Assembly: GCA_035063585.1 (NCBI GenBank)
Contig: JAPSGB010000011.1
Coordinates: 32,001 to 96,000, forward strand
DNA length: 64,000 nucleotides
Source: Polyangiaceae bacterium
Lineage (GTDB): Bacteria > Myxococcota_A > Polyangia > Polyangiales > Polyangiaceae
Direction: 5' to 3'
Position 1 is the first letter of the stretch, and each line of letters begins with the position of its first letter. Positions 63,182 to 64,000 of this stretch are shown here, in pieces. The notes under the pieces were generated by a model, which worked only from the letters and a program-made list of their open reading frames with translations, was not told the origin of the DNA and did not search any database. The position numbers and the translations under genes are program-made.

Positions 63182-64000
63182 CTATAAAGTATCCGGGGCC
63201 TCCGGCGAGAGCACCGCGCACGAAGACGCCTTGAACACCGCGAACGCGCCGAGCCCCGGGGCGAGCCCGAGCTCCTCGTACGCCTCGAGGCTGATTTCGA
63301 CGAAGAGCTCGGGGACGTCCGGCGCGAGGGCGACGCGCGCCACCGCGCGGGGACCGGCGGTGCGGAGCGCGGTCACCGTGCAGGGCGCGACGTTGCGCGC
63401 GGACAGACCCGCCGGGCGGTCCCGCGCGAGGATGACGTCGCGCGCCGGGATCGCGACGAGCGCGGCGGCGCCCGCCGGGAGCGCGCTCGAGCGGGTGAAG
63501 ACGGTGACCGACTCGCCGAGCCGCACCACCGCGCCGGCGTCGCTCGGGGCGAGCACGCGGCAGGGGAGCAGGTTCTCGACGCCGCCCTCGGAGAGCGAGA
63601 AGAGCTCGGGATCGGCGAGGACCTCGCGCGGCTGCCCGCGCCCGACCGCGACGCCCTCGCGCAGCACGAGCACCTCGTCGGCGAGCGCGAGGAGCTCGTT
63701 CGGGTCGTGCGACACGAGCAGCATCGGCGCCGAGGTCTCGTCGCGGACGCGCTGGAGCAGGGGCAGGAGCCGCCGGCGGAGCGGCAGATCGAGCGCGGCG
63801 AGCGGCTCGTCGAGCAGGAGCAGCGCCGGGTCCGAGGCGAGCGCGCGGCCGAGCGCGACCCGCTGCCGCTCGCCGCCCGAGAGCGAAGCGACCGGACGCG
63901 TGAGCAGCCGCTCGAGCCCGAGGATGCGGGTGAGGTCGGCGAGCGACTGCTCGACGTCTCGGCCGCGAGCGCGCGCGCGCCGAGTGCCCGCGCGGAGGTT
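63182..64000 (-). CDS. modC: Molybdate ABC transporter ATPase with TOBE domains (5' end outside window)
   Basis: LSGGERQRVALGRAL, LLLDEPLAALD, VSHD, GLSARN TOBE/Mop segment. Confidence 0.85.
   Translation of the reverse strand, partial: NLRAGTRRARARGRDVEQSLADLTRILGLERLLTRPVASLSGGERQRVALGRALASDPALLLLDEPLAALDLPLRRRLLPLLQRVRDETSAPMLLVSHDPNELLALADEVLVLREGVAVGRGQPREVLADPELFSLSEGGVENLLPCRVLAPSDAGAVVRLGESVTVFTRSSALPAGAAALVAIPARDVILARDRPAGLSARNVAPCTVTALRTAGPRAVARVALAPDVPELFVEISLEAYEELGLAPGLGAFAVFKASSCAVLSPEAPDTL

Overview
Very GC-rich bacterial chromosome segment. Gene content (Ser/Thr kinases, Cys-rich lipoproteins, PEGA protein, rpoN-hpf-ptsN-hprK-rapZ-ptsH-ptsI operon) suggests Myxococcota, probably Polyangia-like; this is inference. 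Core genes: helD-like helicase, lat, guaA, the rpoN/PTS operon, rpsO-pnp, F420 genes (cofE-cofD-cofC, npdG, LLM oxidoreductase), and a molybdoenzyme locus (xdhC, mocA, hcrCAB-like, partial modC). Less ordinary elements: (1) a low-GC islet encoding a secreted CUB-PPC-CLCA-like metalloprotease, with a (GGGGCAC)5 heptamer repeat just after its start codon (candidate phase-variation switch); (2) a ~360-nt non-coding, heavily base-paired interval ending in an intrinsic terminator (candidate unclassified large ncRNA, 14635-14995); (3) a 1.35-kb integrase-less islet bounded by a 35-bp duplication of the tRNA-Pro(TGG) 3' end, carrying an orphan two-gene module with a PemK/MazF-like second gene; (4) a 55-aa basic ORF missing from the ORF track; (5) a sigma54 promoter upstream of an ECF sigma factor; (6) recurrent leaderless-type promoters; (7) a ytfJ-ytfI-ytfJ-like operon; (8) a nucleotidase/OB-fold lipoprotein/beta-barrel operon. 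All calls come from visual motif recognition; no searches were run.
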